NCBI GenBank assembly: GCA_964016885.1 | Contig: OZ024740.1 | Coordinates: 141,484,001 to 141,548,000, forward strand | DNA length: 64,000 bases | Direction: 5' to 3' | DNA from: Eledone cirrhosa | Taxonomy: Eukaryota | Shown here: piece after piece, positions 24,383 through 37,864 of the stretch | Layout of the letters: every line of letters starts with the position of its first letter | Numbering within the stretch: the first letter of the stretch is position 1 | The notes under the pieces: generated by a model | What the model was told of the DNA's origin: nothing | The model's database searches: none | Seen by the model: the letters and a program-made list of their open reading frames with translations, nothing else | Made by a program: the position numbers and the translations under genes

Positions 24383-26905
24383 GGTCTTCCTTGGCCTTGC
24401 ACTGTGGATTTCTTGGCACTTTCACACAGCGATCACCATACATGTGCATCACATGTCTATACAAACACAGTCTTCTCTCTTGCACACTACTTCTGATCCC
24501 TCATATACAGTTTCTCACTCAGTTCATTCATTACCAGTGTATATCAATTGAAGCATGCTTGCTTCATTTCTTTCCAGCCTGTGCATATCCAAAGTCGCTG
24601 CCCATATTTCAGAACCATTCACCATAGCACTTTGTACACAGGCAAAATACAGCTGGCCTTTCATTGAAAAAGAGAAACCTCTTGTCGACAGAGGTAGTAG
24701 TTCCCTAAACTTCTTCCATCCTATCCTTATTCTAGCAATTATCTTGGAGCAGCCTCCTCCACTGCTAATTAAATCCCCTAGATAGTGGATGCAATCACCC
24801 ACTTCCTTGGCTCCTTCCTGGAAAAGTTTTATATCAGTCACTGTAACTATCAAGTAACTCTAAACATCTACATACAAAGTTTTCCTTTCCTGTTAGTTTA
24901 CCTGTTATCTCTTGTGTACCAAAGATTCACATTGTATATATCATAGAGAGTTTATGACTACTCCTTTTCTACAAATTGAGAAGGCCCATTTCCCTGAAGG
25001 AATCTGGATCTTATCTTTTATTCCACTAGCCTCTTAGTTTTGGCAAAAGCATATAATATTTACTCTTAGCCCTTTTGAATCAAAATTCTGTTTCCACAGT
25101 TGGAACTTAATCTCTAGTTCTTCCATAGCTTCAGCTATGAGGACAGATCATCAGTGTACAGAAGTTCCTAAGGATAACCAGTCTAAAACTCCTTTGTTAT
25201 GGAGCTATAATGAACAGAAGTGGACTACGGACCAAGCCCTGATGAACTCCTGCCTGTACCTTGAAATCCTCACTGAACTCATTTCCTACTCGCACTTTAC
25301 TGACAGTGCCTCTGTACATGGCTTTCTCAAGTCACTCTTCTACCTCAAGTTTTCTTAGGGACCACCAGATGATAGATCGAGGTACTTTGTTAAAGGCTTT
25401 TTCTAGATCAACAAAAGCTCAATAAAGTGGCTTATTCATGACTAGGATTTTCTCTTGTCTCACTAGGAAGAGAGCACCTGTAGTACTTCTCCAAGGCACA
25501 AAACCGAATTGTATCTTGTCTTTCTCTTTTCTTAATTAGCTATGTTAGAACTCTTTCCGTTACTTTCATACCTTGGTCAATTAGTTTTATTCCTCAGTAG
25601 TTGCTCCTTTCTAGAATGTCACCTTTACCTTTGTAGCAATTTATGATTGTAATCTGCGTCACTCATTGGTAATGAGTCCGTCTTCGATTACCTGATTGAC
25701 TATGCGGGTGACAAGCTCAGCTCCTATTTCTCCCAATGCTTTTAATATCTCAGCCACTATCTCTGACTGTCCTATGGTTTTAATATTCTTCAGTTCTTTG
25801 AATGCTTCTTTGACCTTATAGCTGATCCCTCTAACACACATTCCCCCAACATCTCGATTCACAACCTTGCAATGCGGAATACCTCATGTCTGATCATCAC
25901 ATCACCAGACAGTGGCAGACCTTGTTTTTTCAGCCTCTTCCCTAGCTATGTATACTTGTTTAGCTTCTATCCTGGCTACCTGGTACTGGTCTCTGCTATC
26001 CCCTATTTTTCCAGTCTTTCCATGCCTGTCTCTTGGCCTTAATGGCTCTACGTACTGCACTATTCTACCACCAGGTAACCTTCTGTCTGGCTGGTGCTTT
26101 ACTCCACCCACAATTCTCATCAGTACTTTGCACTAGGTTGTTGCATAAGAATTTCCAGTTGTCTTCTATGTCAAATGTATCCAGTTCACATCCCCTCTCA
26201 TCATATGCCTCCGGTAGAGCCTTTCTAAACCTATATTTAACAGAAAGGTCTTATAGCTTCCATACTCTCCATCTCCATATGTTCCTGCATATCTTGTTTG
26301 TCATGTGTTTATTCTGATGTCAGTAATAACTAACTTGTGTCGAGAGGTACATTTTTCACCAGGGAAGGTCTTAGCATTTATAATTGCCTATTTTGTTTTA
26401 CAAGTACTTAGTCAATCTGACTTGTATGTTCGCCTGATCAGTAGGTGATTAGATGTCTGGCAGATTTCATGAAGTTAGTGTTGCAAATAGTTAATTCATT
26501 TCTTGAGCCATAACAATATCCACTGTGTACTCCAGATTCCGGTGCTGCCCAACATGTCCATTGAAATCGCCAGCCAGGATGACGAGGCCTGTCATCTGTA
26601 ACTGGGGTTGTCTGTAAAATGGTCCTTTTGTTCTTTACAAAGTTCTGCTTGTGGTGCATAGGTAGAGGTTACTGTCACCATCCCATTGCCTACAACTAAT
26701 CTGACCATGATAATTCTGTCACTTACTCTAACTACATTTATTACATTATCTATCCATTTCTCAGCAAATAGAATACTACACCACATAATCCACCATCATT
26801 TCCTTCCCAGAAAAGTTTGTAACTATGTTGTGAGTAATCATGATGAGGCACTCCATCATACTTGTACGTGCCTCCTCCCTAACAACTCCACAGTTTCTCC
26901 TGATA
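24383..26905 (-). mobile_element. Decayed RTE LINE, tail-to-tail with the previous copy
   Basis: ILFAEKWIDNVINVVRVSDRII...YAPQ and HYLGDLISSGGGCS...RIRIGWKKFRELLPL. Confidence 0.9.
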
Positions 26906-26919
26906 TATATATATAATTA

Positions 26920-27305
26920 TTGTCATTTTAATGTCCACTTTCCCAGCTAGCAAGAGCTGGGTGGGTCTACATAGACCAAGTCAGTACTGAAGCGGAGCTA
27001 CAGATCTCTCAGATAGGCCAGGAATCTGTGTACGGTCCCACGTTCCTCCAAGTGGACAGGACAGGTGTTATGTCTTTGACACAACTGACGGTCCTCCCAG
27101 CTGTTTGTTTGGCAAGCTCTCTATGGCTGGATGTCCTACCTATCACCAACCACTTTACAGCGTGTAGTGGGTGCATTTATCGTGTAGATCACCGATCATT
27201 AAGGAGGCCATCATGTCCTTGACACAACTGAGTGTTCTCCCAACCCTTTGTTTGGTAAGCCCTCCACAGCTGGATGCCCTTCCTATCACCAAACACTTCA
27301 CAGGG
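26920..27305 (-). mobile_element. SINE with RTE-like tail and an internal duplication of about 90 bp
   Basis: atgtcYttgacacaactga...ctatcacc occurs near 27069 and 27213. Confidence 0.65.
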
Positions 27306-27454
27306 GGAAAGCAGCCAATGTGTGTGTGTGTGTGTGGGGGGGTATGGGTGTGGGGGGGGGGGGGTATGGGTGTGTGTGTGGTGAGGGTAGTGTAGTGATG
27401 TTGTGAATAGTTGCGAGTGCTAGTGGAAGGAATGCATAGACATATATATATATA

Positions 27455-28109
27455 TATATGAATATACGTGAACGGCAAAGCATAAACGAACTAAGGAAAA
27501 AATTAGAGATAAGAGGGATCAGATGTTGTTTACTCGAGAGAAGGCTGCGTTGGTATGGACACGTGATGCGCATGAAAGTCGATAGCTGTATAACAAAGTG
27601 CAGGGCAATAAAGATAGACGGTAGCCACGGAATAGGCAGACCTAGAAAAACCTGGGATGAGCTGATAAACTCCGACCTCACACACTTACACCTCTCCAAG
27701 ACAATGTCACTGGACCGAAACCTTTGGCGGTACTCAGTAACAGAGAAGACCCGCCTTGCCAGTAGGCATCTCTAACAAAATACACCCCGTCCCGCCACCA
27801 CCCCCACCCCATCCACACCACCCCGTTCTATGTAAAGTTATGTTGGTGCCGCGCCATCCAGGCCGAAACAAATGAGATCGTGTAGGTGTCACGACAAAAA
27901 AACACACAGTCCACGCTGAAATGTGGCCGTGTAGGCAACACGGTAAAAACCTCCCAGACCCACACTGTAAATGTGGTTGGTGTTAGGAAGGGCATCCAAC
28001 TGTAGAAAACCTGCCAGACAGTCCTATGCGAGCAAGACAATCACTCTTGCCTCAAGTGGGACTACCCCCATCCAAACCCATGCAAGCGTGGAACACGGAC
28101 GTTAAACGT

Positions 28110-28140
<31 letters not shown>
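27455..28140 (+). mobile_element. RTE 3' end with long UTR
   Basis: ORF 27458..27775 ERRLRWYGHVMRM...GRPRKTWDELI, followed by a (gat)n tail. Confidence 0.92.
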
Positions 28141-28509
28141 TTCATATTTATATCATCATATGGGTATACATGAACGCATGATATGTTTATGTATAATAAA
28201 CATACGAGTGTCTCGCTACGACTCCTTTTAAAAGCTGTGATCATGTCACAGCTACCTGACAGAATGCTGGAAAGGTATTTCTGGATATTGTATCTGTCAT
28301 CAGTGACAATTACTCTCTCACTGCTGAGATAAAATAGGCTGAAACCTATATAGTTTTTGTGTATGAAACATCGGCTGGTGATGCTCATTTGCATATAGGG
28401 CAAATTTGAATGGTGGAAGGGAGGTAATTAGAAGTGGCACTAACACACTGTTTGTCATAATAGTCCCCCAGATTATAACAGTCTGTAGAAACTCCTGTAT
28501 GCAGATAAT

Positions 28510-29025
28510 CAAAACCTTATAGCAAAATCTCTGAAAAAGTTAATGAAATCCAGATATGGAAGCAAAACCTGGGATGAAAAGGACTTAGCAAAAGTTAAGG
28601 TTTTAGTAAGTAGGAAAGAAAACAAAAGCCTGATAACAACAAGGAAATAGCTATATTCAATATGCCAAAAAGGTATAGGTAGGAATTTCATAGTGTACAC
28701 AGTAATCTACAATGGATGCACAATGAGTGTAGTGGGATCAAAGTCCGGTTGATGGAAAAAGAAGGCTTTTTGGCAAATGCATAGGAGTAGTCAGCAGTGA
28801 CTGCACATGTGAAGTAAACACCCTCAGATACTCAGTAGTTTTATTAGCTATCAAGTAGTTTATAGCCTATTCTACCTGACCGACCTCACTAGCAGTAGAA
28901 GTGGATATACCATGGGGTGGAAGCAGTTCAAGGAGTTGTTATCTTTGATAGCAACAAAGTGTTTCTCCCTCAGTGTGAAGAGCAGATTGTTTGATATTTG
29001 TGTTCATATAGTGATGCTGCATAGT
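28510..29025 (+). mobile_element. Highly decayed RTE fragment
   Basis: LAKVKVLVSRKENKSL...GWKQFKELLSLIATK. Confidence 0.7.
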
Positions 29026-29264
29026 TTCTTTAGTTTTGTTAATCCATCGAATGTTAGAATTCACACTAAAGAAATTGAGGGGTCATGATCGATGACTAAA
29101 TATAAATAATATAGACCAAAATTTGTTTGCTACATATCTGCAAAAGCTTCTGAGGTGAAAGTGTCCTTTTTTTAATCTAATTTTCTTGATAAGACATTAT
29201 TATAATTTATATAGATGCTGTAATGATTAAAATGTGCTTTTTATTGTATATTTTATTGACACCT

Positions 29265-29600
29265 GTGTATATTTAGAAAGCAACGTCACATCCTCAGAAA
29301 AGGAGGTAAAAATCTATCTTGCAACAGCATGGGCTGATCTTCATTGCCTTAGTGTTCTATGGAGGTCATTGTTATTAGATGGTTTTAAGAAAAGCTCCTT
29401 TAGTATTATTGTGAAATCAGTGCTATTGATGTGTCCACAGCTTGAACACACATGGCTTGATGGTGCTTACACTTGCATATTACAAGCCATTTTGAATACC
29501 TCCTGAAAAAGATAACCTTTTTACAATTACTGATGTCAAAAGAGAGAGATGTATGCTTTTGTCAGACACCAATGGAAAGTAGAGCAAGAACTCCTTTTGT
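29265..29600 (+). mobile_element. Decayed fragment of a second RTE-group (RTEX-like) lineage
   Basis: YLESNVTSSEKEVKIYLATAWA...KSVLL...LDGAYTCILQAILN. Confidence 0.65.
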
Positions 29601-29686
29601 AATTTCTGTTGTTAAAATTCTTCAATAATTAACACAAAGTGTATTTTGTAATCTATGTTATTAATATACTGAACCTGCAACATTAA

Positions 29687-29909
29687 CCCTTTAGCATTTA
29701 AACCGGCCATATCCGGCCAGATTTCTTTCACCTCTTTCTGTCCAAATCGGCCATAACTGGCCCCTCATACTGACTCTAAGGTATTGTTCTCAAAATAAAT
29801 AATATCAAAATCTCATAGATTCAATATTATGAGATAATTATGTGAGGTAAAGCCTATACCATGAAAATACAATAGTATATATATATGTAGTAATGTAAAT
29901 GCTAAAGAG
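29687..29909. mobile_element. piggyBac-type MITE
   Basis: TTAA|ccctttagcattta ... taaatgctaaagag|TTAA. Confidence 0.88.
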
Positions 29910-30114
29910 TTAAACCTGAAACTAAATTAACATACTAATGATAAATAATTAATGTACTAATATAAAAAAAAATGACTATATGAAAATGTCTTTTGCCTAT
30001 TTATATTAGTAAGAAAACTGAGCTCCACCACTCAAATGGTTCTAACATTCCCTTGTCTCACTCTTCAGTAGGATTACATGCTATTCTTCACATGTTGCAA
30101 TATAAAATATATAC

Positions 30115-30930
30115 ATAAAGGTTTTTTCTTCAGAATGAAGGACATATTATACGATGCATGTATACGAACAGCAAATCTGCATGGTAATGAGTCCTGAACG
30201 CTGTGTGCAGAGGACTGCGAAGATTGAAAAGAAATGAAGCCTGCATGCTCAGATGGATGTATAATACTTATATGCATAAATGGTAAAGGGAAATTAACTG
30301 AGTGAGAAATTGGGCATAAGAGGGATCAGATGCAGAATGTAAGAAAGGATATTGCATTAGTGTGGCCATGTGATGTGTATGAAAAATGACAGTTGTATAA
30401 AGAGGTGCAGGGCGATCAATGTTGACGGAAGCTATGGAGTAGTAAAACCCAGGAAGACCTGGGATGAGGTGATAAAAGCTGATCTTGCACAATTGTATCT
30501 CTCAAAGACAATGACACAGGATTGAGATCTTTGGCATTATGTAGTAATACAGAAGACCCACCATCCCATGCACATGGACTGAAACATACATCTAGTATGC
30601 ACCTCTTAACCACTATACCCCACATCCATACACCTCCCACACCCCAACACCCACCCAATTTTGTTCACACCACCCTTACACTGTAAAGTGGTTGTGTAGA
30701 AGTCATGACAAAAAGCACTCAGCCCACACTGTTCAATGGTTGTATAGGAGTTATGACAAAAAGTACCTAGAACACACTGTAAATGTGGTTGAGGTTAAGA
30801 AGGGCATCCAGCCATAGAAACCAACCCAGAAACAGTTCTGTATTAGAAAGACAGTCACCTGAACTGACTTGCCTCAAATGGGACAACCCGTCTAACCCTA
30901 CTGCGGAAAATTGACGTTAAATGATGATAT
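30115..30930 (+). mobile_element. RTE 3' end with long UTR
   Basis: KPRKTWDEVIKADLAQL, followed by UTR repeats and a gacgttaaatgatgat end. Confidence 0.85.
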
Positions 30931-31208
30931 TGTAGTGACCCCTTGGGTCGAGAAGGAGAGTTAATGAGAGTTACGTCCCATGGAGACTATAAATTAAGAA
31001 ACTGAAAGTACCCGATCTCTTACAAAGCTAGCCGTCCAGGAGTTAAGATGTAATTTTGCCTTCTCCCATTTTTCATTTCACCCACACCATGTGGAGTGAA
31101 CGTATTAAGAGCAACTCTCTCTCAGGCGACTTCAACTTCGGAACAGAAAACCAATAACACCATGTGGAGACTAACTTTTTCTCTCACCTCGTCGCCAATT
31201 CTACTACT
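30931..31208. mobile_element. Possible solo LTR
   Basis: Begins TGTAGT, ends ctactac, about 280 bp, CpG-retaining. No clear TSD. Confidence 0.35.
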
Positions 31209-32349
31209 AATAATACCAATTATACATATATTATTTCAAAAGGTATGTCTTATTTCAAAGTTGTAACACCCACACTTGTCAATGGCTGACAACCTTCCTA
31301 GTGCTAGTGCCATAATAAAATGCACCCAGTACACTCTGAAAAGTAGTTGGTGTTAAAGGCTTTGAATAGTAGAAAACTTACCAAATAAAGGTTAGAGAGG
31401 AGTCTTCAATTGTGTCAAAGCCAAGACAACCATGCTAGTGGTGGTGTCAATAAAATGCACCCAGCGCACTCTATAGAATGTGAAATGCATCCCTCGATTA
31501 AGCACTGACTTCGTCTGCGATGATCTTTCCAAGGTAAACGGGCGTTAAATAATGATGATGGTGATATGCAAATATGTGAGTGTGAGCGGATGTATAAACA
31601 AGTGTTGGTATATATATATGTGTATATATAATTAGTAAAACGAGTGACAATAAAAAAACAACAGAACATGACGCCAATTCATTTTTGCACATGATGAAAT
31701 GAAGAATGTGATTTTAGATCCTTGTATGCACACACACGCTTGTACGTTTCTCTCTCTCTCTATATATAAATGTGTGTGTAGAGCATTAACTTACAAAGAA
31801 TTAGGAAATTCGAAAATATAGTAGCCACAATATATATAACTATTATAATAGTTGAATAAATCAGGTAAAGTACCCTTCCAGATGGAAAAAAAAGAGGTCA
31901 GAGACCCTGCAGGGAATTGAACCAAGCATCTCTCATATGTGATCAAGTACTTACAGTTATCAACTATTATCATAGTTATATGTATTGTGACATTTTATTT
32001 CCATATATACATGTGTCTGTGATAGAGAGTATCTAGTGTCATATTATAACTTGGTGAGGCCCTAAGCTGGACAATGTTTGGTGACCCCACCACCATTAAA
32101 AATATAACACTAGGTCTTACAAAAAATGATAACATGCCTTTTGATTATTTCGAGGACCTAAGCATGTATTTATTTTGGTTAATGGTCAATTCAGGGATAT
32201 ATATATAATGTCACGTCGAATACCCTTGAGAAATACGTTAATGTACACGTGTCTGTGGAATGCTCAGTCACTTGCATATTGATATAATTCGTAATTGTAT
32301 TTGTTTAGCATGTGACTTGACCTGTGTTGTAACGAAACTGAAGCGATTA

Positions 32350-32490
32350 CATCGTGGAAGAGACATTTTTCAGTGGAAATGTGTCAATGACCAGGTCACC
32401 AAAGCGCGACAAAAATTCTGACACATCAAGAAATACAAGTAAAATGAATGCAACAGATTTAATGTGTCCGTAAATTGCTCTTCCACGATG
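32350..32490. mobile_element. Tc1/mariner-type MITE
   Basis: TA|catcgtggaagag ... ctcttccacgatg|TA: perfect 13-bp TIR with TA TSD. Confidence 0.82.
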
Positions 32491-34087
32491 TACTATGTTT
32501 ATTGGAAGCTAAGGGGGCAGCAAGACACCCCAGCTTTAATGAAAAATATATAATCTTTTAAACCGTGTGTATTGGGTACATTTTCCTTCTCGTATGTAAA
32601 CGCACACGTACACACACATGTATATATACCACCAACTTGTAGCTCGCTTAAATAGTATGATAGAAGATAAGATTGTTGGGAATGTGGAAAAAGTTGAAAG
32701 AAAAGAAAGACTATGAAGAAAATATTTCAAATACGTACCAATAATAAGTATCAATGTTTAAGTTAACAAAGAGACGAGAAACCATGGTAGAAAAACACAA
32801 CAAAATATTCTAATAGAACGTAGAGAGTGATAGGTACAGAGATATGTAGAGGTAAAGTAAGAGGAAGATAGGTAGATATGAAAACACGGTGATGCATAGA
32901 GAGATAGATAGACAGGAAGAGTGAAAAGTCGGTAGATAGAGTAAGAGGGAGAGAGGTATAAGGGTATCGATACAGAGATATGTAGGAGGTGGTCGGTAAA
33001 GAGAAAGATAAATAAAAAGAGAAGTAGGAGGGGCTCAATAAATAGATAAAGATATATAAAAGGGGTAGTAAAGGTACAGAAGGGATTGGTAAATGGTAGA
33101 TAGAAAGACAGAAATGTATATACAGTAGTAGAGTAAAAAGAAAGAAGGGTCGGTAAAGCAGGCGATAGATGAACAGAAATACAGAGAGTAAGAGAGAGAA
33201 GTGTTTCGTTGGTAGAGATGTTTACATCTGTGACCAAGGAAGTGTGAGCATAGAAGTATTAAGTATCACTTTGTTTTCCTGCTCCTGCTTTAATTTAACG
33301 GATTTACATGTAAAATCCAGCACTCTTCTGGAACCTGCCCTTGAAAAGTTACCCACGTCAGTCACCCTTGAGGCAATAATAAAATAAAATTATTTTGTGG
33401 AGAATAATGACAACATGGCCGCGTGCTCCCAGCATGCAATGCGCCGTGACACAGACGCCAGACCTGTTGCCAGCGAGTAGAAGTGGTGATAGTATTGTTA
33501 TAAGCGTAGTAGGAGGATAGGGGAAGAGAGAGCAACAGAAATACGTTAACAGTAACGGCACTGACAGTGGAACCTGTATGTGACCAATAAACAACCTAGA
33601 AATAACAGCTTAATTCCCTTTCACATTAGAAATGGTCATATTGTGTAAAGAGGTCCTGGGCTCTCTATACATAAAAAGGGAGGGGTGGTCATGGCTATAA
33701 TGTCTGTGATCAGGGCTGTCGTCTTTCGACCTGGTAAAAATAGCAGTCAATATCTCCCTCAAATCGCAGCTTACTACCTTAAATAAGAATAAAATATACA
33801 TTGGATTATGTAGTCTCAAACAGAGCCCTAAAACAATGTGATGGTAACGACTGGAATGCCTTTCTTTACACAGATAACTTTGCTTAATTAGTGTCAGCCG
33901 GGGACAATACGACAATAACTGTGAAGCTCCAACAGTTGAAACAACGACAACGAGATTGACAACGTTGACCACCACCATCAACAGTAACAGTAGCAGCAAT
34001 AGGATAAAATAACAACAATAACAACTACTACGAGAGCAGCACCATTGTAAATAATAACAGCAACAGTAACCGCCTCCACAGCAGTAG

Positions 34088-34310
34088 GAATAATTGTTTC
34101 TACATTTGGCGCAAGACCAGCAATTTGAAGGAAAGGGGAAAGTCAACTAAATCGACCCCAGTGCGTTACTGGTACTTTATTTTATCGAATCTATAAGGAT
34201 GAAAGGCAAAGCTAACCTCTGTGGGATTTGAACTCAGAACGTAAAGGGACATAACTAAATACTGCAAAGCATTTTTGTCTGATGCTCTACCGATTCTGCC
34301 AATCCACCAC
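34088..34310 (-). mobile_element. Family-A SINE
   Basis: Consensus match. Confidence 0.88.
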
Positions 34311-34669
34311 CCTAATGTTATTCCTAGCCGTAGGAATAATAATATCATCATCAACAACAGCAGCAGTGATAACAACAGCAACACAATCATTATCACTATC
34401 ATCGTCGCCAACAACAACACGGACAGCAATGACAATGACACCAACATGCAACATCATCATTATAATTAACAACAAAACCAACAACTACTACAACAAATAA
34501 CAACGCTGCAGTAATTGCAATCGCAGTCATATTTACAAGAAAATGCAGTAAACAACAGCAGCAACAAGACGAAGTAACAACGGTTAATGTTACTATAGCA
34601 ACTCGTCAACAGAGGCCATCAGACAGCTACCAACAATGAAAAAAATTTCGCTTTTTAAAACACATTGAC

Positions 34670-34900
34670 ATGGCCGGCGCTGCCATTAAAGCTAATTTCC
34701 CCCAGGGCGCAGTCCGCAGAGAAGCTCATTACTGAATCTTAAAGGAACAGTCTTATACAAATTTGTATAATTAAATAAAATATATAATAATTTCCTGCAA
34801 TCAATAAATAAATCGCTGAACATCCTTGCCACGTAGCAGTGTTGTTGAAATATCCAACTCGATAGAGAGGGTCGTGTCATGCCGTGTAACGTAATTTTAC
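34670..34900 (+). repeat. Dispersed repeat also present at about 11520-11720 (possible Kolobok/T2-type MITE)
   Basis: Both copies share ggcgct.c.attaaagctaa...cttaaaggaacag..ttatacaaatttgtat. Confidence 0.55.
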
Positions 34901-34982
34901 GTGTAGTCGAAAATATAGGCGTAGTGTGTTCAGTAGGGCTGTACCAATTAATCAGCAGATAATCGGTATCGACCATTAATCG

Positions 34983-35372
34983 GCTTTGCAGCATAGAGTT
35001 ACGGTTCTGTATGTTCTAAGTTCAAATCCAGCCGAGATTAGCTTTACCTTTCATCCTTACGGGGCCGATAAATAAAGCACCAGTAATGCACTGGGGTCGA
35101 TATAATCGACTTTCCCCTCCCCCCCAATTTGCTAGTTTTGTACCTATAGTAGAAATCATCATTATTATTATTGATTAGTACGGTAGATTGGCAGTATCGG
35201 TAGAGAGTCGGACGCCATGCTTTCCAGCATAGTTACGTCCCTTTACGATCTGAGTTCAAATCCCGCCTTGGTTGACTTAGCCTTTCATCCTTACGAGGTC
35301 GATAAAATAAAGTACCAGTAATGCACTGGGTAATTGCTGGCCTTGTGCCTAAAGTAGAAACAATTATTATTG
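34983..35372 (+). mobile_element. Two tandem family-A SINEs
   Basis: Copies at 34983-35170 and 35182-35372. The second is flanked by an attattattgattagtac duplication. Confidence 0.9.
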
Positions 35373-35711
35373 ATTAGTACATATGCTGGAGGATGAAAAT
35401 TGTAGATGACAAAGAAAGTCGGAAGCACATCGGATTCAACATGTATAAATATATCAGCGACAGTTTTCTAGGATACGCGGTCTAAACCTATCAGTGCAAT
35501 ATAATTGTTTTCCTTGAGCTCGAACACGGTGATCTACAGAAATGAAAATGACGTATGACTGCCTAGGGGGCGTAACTTCCTGTAATAGAAACGAGACCTT
35601 CTTACTTACCTGAGAGGATATCTAAACTATAATAAAGTAAGGAGCGCGGGACTGCGTACGGTTTATAATTTTTTTATTCCATTAGTAAAATAAGTTGGAT
35701 TACTTTGAATA

Positions 35712-35902
35712 AATAATTGTTTCTACTTTAGGCACAAGGCCAGCAATTACTCAGTACATTACTGGTACTTTATTTTATCGACCCCGTAAGGATGAAAGGC
35801 AAAGTTAACCTCGGCGGGATTTGAACTCAGACTGTAAAGGGACGTAACTATGCTAGAAAGCATGGCATCCGACCCTCTACCCATACTGCCAATTCACCGC
35901 CT
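35712..35902 (-). mobile_element. Full-length family-A SINE with TSD
   Basis: ctttgaataaataat occurs on both sides. Confidence 0.92.
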
Positions 35903-37864
35903 TTGAATAAATAATGAATGAATATTACATAATTTATCTACTAAATTTCGTGGCTGTTCATTAAATATATTTTATTACTTATTTAAAGATTCACTTCTTT
36001 AAAATGTTCAAATGTCAACACTTCCGGTTAGCGGTCGCTAAATAAATATTCATATATTTCTGTCACTAATTTTCTCCTAATGCAGTTTATATATAATATC
36101 GTCTTTTTTTAATGTATCATGGATTACGTTACTTATTACATAAGAGATTGTAACACAGTCTTCGTTCAATTTCTATGTATATTGTCAATTCCGATTTTAT
36201 TTGATGTATCATATCTACTTGCGTATAATATCAATATACACACTACACATGCTAGCAGAAAACCACCCGAAGGTTTTTCTGCTAGTGTGTTTAATTAATC
36301 TTCTAAAAGTATTTATTTAAAGGTATTCAAACATTTTGCAGAAATAATGATTCTTGTTTTCTTAACTTAAACAAAAGATAAAATGTTATAATCAAGTTTA
36401 AGAACTCGTAAATTATAATGCCCAAACATCAACATTTCTCCATTTCAGAGAAAATCTGATTTCTTGTTAGCTCATAAAATCAGTTTAATTTTCTCATCGT
36501 ATGTTCTCAAATAATAGTTTCGTAATTGTGATTAATTATGAAATATTATGATATATTACTTATAATTAATTATAATACACATTCATATCACATTACATAA
36601 TTGCATTATAGATAATCGACGGCCGATTAATCGGTATCGGCCGATATAACAAGACCGATTAATCGATAATTACCCAATTTGCTGATCAAAGCAAGAAGTG
36701 TCAAAAAATAAGTTTATCAGTTTTACCGAACTGCCAGTTGAAAATATTGGAGCACACAACTAGGAAAAATGGTAAGTCTTGCCCAGGTTAAATATATATG
36801 TTTAAATAAAAGATGGACTGGAACCAATGTTTGGAATGTTTTTGATGATATATCTGCTCAATCAAGTCTGATCTTGGGCTAAACATTGACAGCAACAACA
36901 GCGAAAACAACATCGATGATAACAGCACAACGTCCACAACAACAACAATTATAACCATTTCTTACAGACACATATACGTTTTAAAACAAGTAGTTCACTA
37001 TATCCCTGCGTGTTGCAAGAGGCGACTAAAGTGGATGGTGCCAGGAAGGACATCCAGTTGCAACACATTGCTTCAAAAAAGAACACATGATGAATATGAA
37101 TCCTTTTGTAGGGTAACAAAGCTAGCCCCTGCTTTAGCGGGAATGAGTGGGGTGGAAAAGGCCTTGAAATGCTTGCTGCTGTAGTACATGGTCCCGAATC
37201 AGCCAGGAGGGCAATAATTGAACGAATCGACTCCAGCAATGCCTGATATTTACTATATCGACACCAGTAAGAATTGTACACAGAACTTCGTGTCACTAAA
37301 GTACTAGTGACTGTAAAGTATTTAGTATAGCCTTCTATTATCTCAGCCTTCTTTCTTTCCTTCTGTTACTCTAACGTTAGTTATATTTTCTTTCTTGTTG
37401 AGTCCGTAGACTGTTGGCGAAAGAATTTTTGGGGTTAATCTTGTTTCTTGATCCATTCGCGTAACTGATATATATATATATATATAAACAAAAAGAAAAA
37501 GATTTTTTCAGTAGAAAATGCTGAAGAGATTCTTTCAGTGTAATATCAAAACATTTATTTATTTATAAAGAGGATATTTCCGCATTTAATAATGGTACCG
37601 GTTTCAGCATTATATGCATTGTCAACTGCGGATATACATAATATGGTTAAGTTCCATATTTATACAAATAATCTATATATTAATACCCTTGTACCTACGT
37701 ACCCTTATTAATAATCTATATATCAATACCCTTGTACCTACGTACCGTATGTCCACAATTACATAGTAATTTATATGCTGTTGAAAAAATTCCGTATCAT
37801 AAATATATAAATGCGTTTGTGTGTTTGTTTGTGTATGTCTTTATGTGTGTTTGTGTATTTGCAC

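Noticed and set aside
37575-37635. Minus-strand TTGACAA...GAAA ccgg TA hammerhead-like string
   Set aside because: Two core mismatches and no stem I.
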